Below are positions 54,095 through 56,926 of a stretch of 56,926 nt of DNA, piece by piece; position 1 is the stretch's first letter, and every line of letters begins with the position of its first letter. Under the pieces are notes generated by a model. The model was not told the DNA's origin and ran no database searches. It saw only the letters and a list, made by a program, of their open reading frames with translations. A program made the position numbers and the translations under genes. The stretch lies in IMG/VR virus record IMGVR_UViG_3300025120_000062, positions 1-56,926 of that record; one strand, given 5' to 3'. The stretch comes from a virus (taxonomy: Duplodnaviria > Caudoviricetes).

Positions 54095-55540
54095 ATGACC
54101 GAATATAAATATAAAACGACACCTTTTTTACATCAAGAAACCACATTAAAAAAATCTTGGGAGAGAATCTCTTATGCTTTTTTTATGGAAATGGGTACAG
54201 GTAAATCTAAAGTTTTGATAGATAACATGGCAATGTTATTTGAAAAAGGTAAAATAAATGCAGCTTTAATTATTGCACCTAAAGGTGTGTATAGAAATTG
54301 GATGAACCAAGAGTTACCCAAACATTTACCTGATCGTATAAATGCTAATATAGTATGTTGGACACCAACGCCTAATAAAAAACAAAAAGAAGAGTTTGAA
54401 AGTTTAAAAGTTATTTCTGAAAACTTAACAATATTTTTAATGAATGTAGAAGCTTTGAGCACACTAAAAGGTTATGAAGCTGCTTACAATTTTGTAAAAG
54501 GTCATGAAACTTTAGTAACAGTTGACGAATCAACCACTATAAAATCTCCTACTGCTTCAAGAACTAAAAGCACTGTTAAGTTGGGACTTCATGCAAAGTA
54601 TCGTAGAATACTTACAGGATCTCCTGTAACAAAAAGTCCTTTGGATTTATATACACAATGTCAATTTTTAGATTCAGAGCTATTAGGATTTAGTTCTTTT
54701 TGGGCATTTAAATCAAGGTATGCTTTGATGGCACATAGAAATGCTGCAGGCGGTGCTCACAGTTACCAACACATTATAAAGTATGTAAGATTAGATGAGC
54801 TTAATACTAAATTAGAAAGTTTTTCTACACGTATTTTAAAAGAAGATTGTTTAGATCTTCCAGAAAAAGTATATATGAAAAGAAGTGTAGAGTTAACTTC
54901 TGAACAAGTTAAAGCTTATAATGAAATGAAACAGTTTGCTGTTGCAGAATTAGAAGATAAAACAATGACAGCTTTTTCAGCATTAACACAAATGATGCGA
55001 TTACATCAAATAACATGTGGCCATGTAACAACAGACGATGGCACAGTACAAGAAATAAAAAGTAATCGTTTAAAAGAATTATTAAATTTATTGGAGGAAA
55101 CAGATGGTAAAATTATTATTTGGGCTAATTATAGATACGACATACAATCAATTACCAAGGCTTTGGAGAAAAAATATGGAAAGGAATCTGTTGCTAGTTT
55201 TTATGGGGACACGCCTATGGACCAGAGGGATCAGATTGTATCTAACTTTCAAGACAAAGAAAATTCTCTTGTTTACCTTGTTGCTAATCCTAAGACTGGA
55301 GGTTATGGTCTCACTCTCACTGCTAGTCATACTGTGGTGTATTACAGCAACAACTATGATTTAGAAATCAGATTACAATCAGAAGACAGAGCTCATCGTA
55401 TTGGTCAAAATCATAAAGTAACTTATATAGATCTTATTGCAGAAAAAACAGTTGATGAGGTGATTGTAAAATCTTTAAGAAATAAAATTGATATTGCTAC
55501 AGAAGTTTTAGGTGAAGATATGAAAACTTGGTTAGTATGA
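54095..55540 (+). CDS. SNF2-family (SF2) helicase
   Basis: MEMGTGKS, VDES, LTGSP, GYGLTLT, QSEDRAHRIGQ; ATG at 54095 after GGAG. Confidence 0.9.
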   Translation: MTEYKYKTTPFLHQETTLKKSWERISYAFFMEMGTGKSKVLIDNMAMLFEKGKINAALIIAPKGVYRNWMNQELPKHLPDRINANIVCWTPTPNKKQKEEFESLKVISENLTIFLMNVEALSTLKGYEAAYNFVKGHETLVTVDESTTIKSPTASRTKSTVKLGLHAKYRRILTGSPVTKSPLDLYTQCQFLDSELLGFSSFWAFKSRYALMAHRNAAGGAHSYQHIIKYVRLDELNTKLESFSTRILKEDCLDLPEKVYMKRSVELTSEQVKAYNEMKQFAVAELEDKTMTAFSALTQMMRLHQITCGHVTTDDGTVQEIKSNRLKELLNLLEETDGKIIIWANYRYDIQSITKALEKKYGKESVASFYGDTPMDQRDQIVSNFQDKENSLVYLVANPKTGGYGLTLTASHTVVYYSNNYDLEIRLQSEDRAHRIGQNHKVTYIDLIAEKTVDEVIVKSLRNKIDIATEVLGEDMKTWLV

Positions 55541-56020
55541 TTATTTCATATTAGCCAAAGGATTAGCTAAAGTTTTTTGAATTGTATTTGCAACTTTTTC
55601 TTCTAGTTCAATCATTTCTTCTTTGATGTCTTTGATTGCATTCTTGATATCAGCTTGATTCTCTCTTGAATCTTGTTTCTGATTTTGCTCTACATCTTCA
55701 ATTATAGATTCAACTCTGCGTAAATCTGTGCGAAGGTCATTTTTTAATTCATTGGCTACATCTGATATAAGAGATACTTCACTTAGTAACATAGTCATCT
55801 CTTGCATAATCATATCTACTTCGGTTTGTAAGACTTCTAATTTTGTTTCAAAGCCACTCAAATCGGGGGCCGAATACGATAGCATTACAGATTTCATATC
55901 CTGGTAATCCTTGAAAGCGACAAAGCCGCCATACAGCGACCCTATAAGAGTTCCAAGAGCAAGTAAGATACCAAAGACCTTACCCCCTTTAAATTTTAAT
56001 CCACCAAATTCAGCTTCCAT
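55541..56020 (-). CDS. membrane-anchored coiled-coil protein
   Basis: N-terminal TM helix, long heptad region, C-terminal LANPL. Confidence 0.65.
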   Translation of the reverse strand: MEAEFGGLKFKGGKVFGILLALGTLIGSLYGGFVAFKDYQDMKSVMLSYSAPDLSGFETKLEVLQTEVDMIMQEMTMLLSEVSLISDVANELKNDLRTDLRRVESIIEDVEQNQKQDSRENQADIKNAIKDIKEEMIELEEKVANTIQKTLANPLANMK

Positions 56021-56925
56021 TATTTATATTGTGCATCTACCATTTGATCATAAATGGTTTTGCTTCCTCCAAATAAGACATATCCAGCTATATTATTATC
56101 AGAAATCGCTGTATCAGGCAATGTATCATTGTTAAAAAACCCTTCTATATTAGGTATGCTTTGTTGTACATCAAAAAAATCTTTTGAATTACTTAATATA
56201 TTCATAACTATTAATGTTTTAATTTGATTACCTGCTTCATACCTACCTTTATCACCCATGTTTTTAACTATTTTTGTAGCTGCTTTTTGTTTAGCTGTAG
56301 GTTCTTTTTTAGGTTCATCAACTTCTTTTTCTACCTCTTCAGGCTCGGGTTCTTGTTCTGGTTCGGCTTCAATTTCTTCTGCCTCTTGTTTTGTTTCTTC
56401 AGGTTCAGCCTCTGGTTCGGGTTCCGTGGTCTCTGGCTCAGGTTCCATTTCAGGTTCTTGTATGTCTTCTTGAGTGGTCTCGGGTTCAGGTTCAGTAGGC
56501 TCATTATCCATATTAGTTTCCACAATAGGCTCTTCTGTTGACTCAATATTTACTACCTCCATTTGTTCAGGTTCTGGAATATCCATCTCCATTTCAATAT
56601 CCATTTCTACTGATGCTACTGTAATTTCCATAGGCATTTCCATATCCATATCCATGTTTGTAGGTACCATGACAACATCAGGCATAGGCATTTCCATGTT
56701 CATATCCATATCCATATCCATTTGAAAATCCATTTCAAACTCTTGCATTTCCATTTCTACAGACTCAAAAGAAAATTCTTCTACAGGTGCTTCTATAGTT
56801 TGAAAGGTAAAATCATCTGTAACTTCATTATTATCAAATATCATTTCTGCAACATCGTTAGCATCTTGGCCATAGTCTAATACTAAAAATTCTTCTAACT
56901 CTTGTATCTGTTGATTAACAATTGT
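56020..56925 (-). CDS. acidic Glu/Pro/Met-rich protein, 5'-truncated by the window edge
   Basis: frame is open from 56925; MDMDM and EPEPE low-complexity linker before a C-terminal domain. Confidence 0.7.
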   Translation of the reverse strand, partial: TIVNQQIQELEEFLVLDYGQDANDVAEMIFDNNEVTDDFTFQTIEAPVEEFSFESVEMEMQEFEMDFQMDMDMDMNMEMPMPDVVMVPTNMDMDMEMPMEITVASVEMDIEMEMDIPEPEQMEVVNIESTEEPIVETNMDNEPTEPEPETTQEDIQEPEMEPEPETTEPEPEAEPEETKQEAEEIEAEPEQEPEPEEVEKEVDEPKKEPTAKQKAATKIVKNMGDKGRYEAGNQIKTLIVMNILSNSKDFFDVQQSIPNIEGFFNNDTLPDTAISDNNIAGYVLFGGSKTIYDQMVDAQYK

Positions 56926-56926
56926 A

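Noticed and set aside
1-56926. tRNA/rRNA genes, integrase/att sites, phage RNA polymerase, endolysin
   Set aside because: No cloverleaf, T-loop or characteristic protein motifs were seen by eye. They could lie outside the window; tRNAscan and HMM searches were not run.

Overview
The window is an AT-rich, nearly complete genome of a tailed dsDNA phage, probably podovirus-like. The CDSs at both window edges are truncated. Positions 1-37405 form one long minus-strand morphogenesis block: terminase large subunit, a 1338-aa polyvalent-like protein, portal, small basic proteins, holin-like protein, GroES, scaffold, Mu-gpT-like major capsid protein, adaptors, a modular tail-fibre region and large ejection-type proteins. 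Positions 47083-55540 hold the replication genes (PolA with Leu762, UvrD-like helicase, AEP-type primase, putative SSB, SNF2 helicase). This gene set resembles marine pelagiphage/uvMED podoviruses (HTVC023P-like); that is recollection, not a search result. No integrase, RNA polymerase, tRNA, cas gene or reverse transcriptase was seen. The most unusual region is 37.4-44.2 kb. It contains (i) a same-orientation array of ~90-bp units (GC box, TTTTATATA box, then AATGGAGA 36-40 bp later), (ii) promoter-operator/cargo/hairpin cassettes interleaved in that array, one of which appears to carry a structured ~190-nt ncRNA, (iii) an EcoHK31I-type C5 methyltransferase whose second subunit is read in an alternative frame and carries repeated WxTP modules, (iv) a GTTACC iteron cluster, and (v) recently duplicated basic peptides that share an exact 11-aa motif (SGRLNLDDIKR) with a large virion protein 38 kb away.
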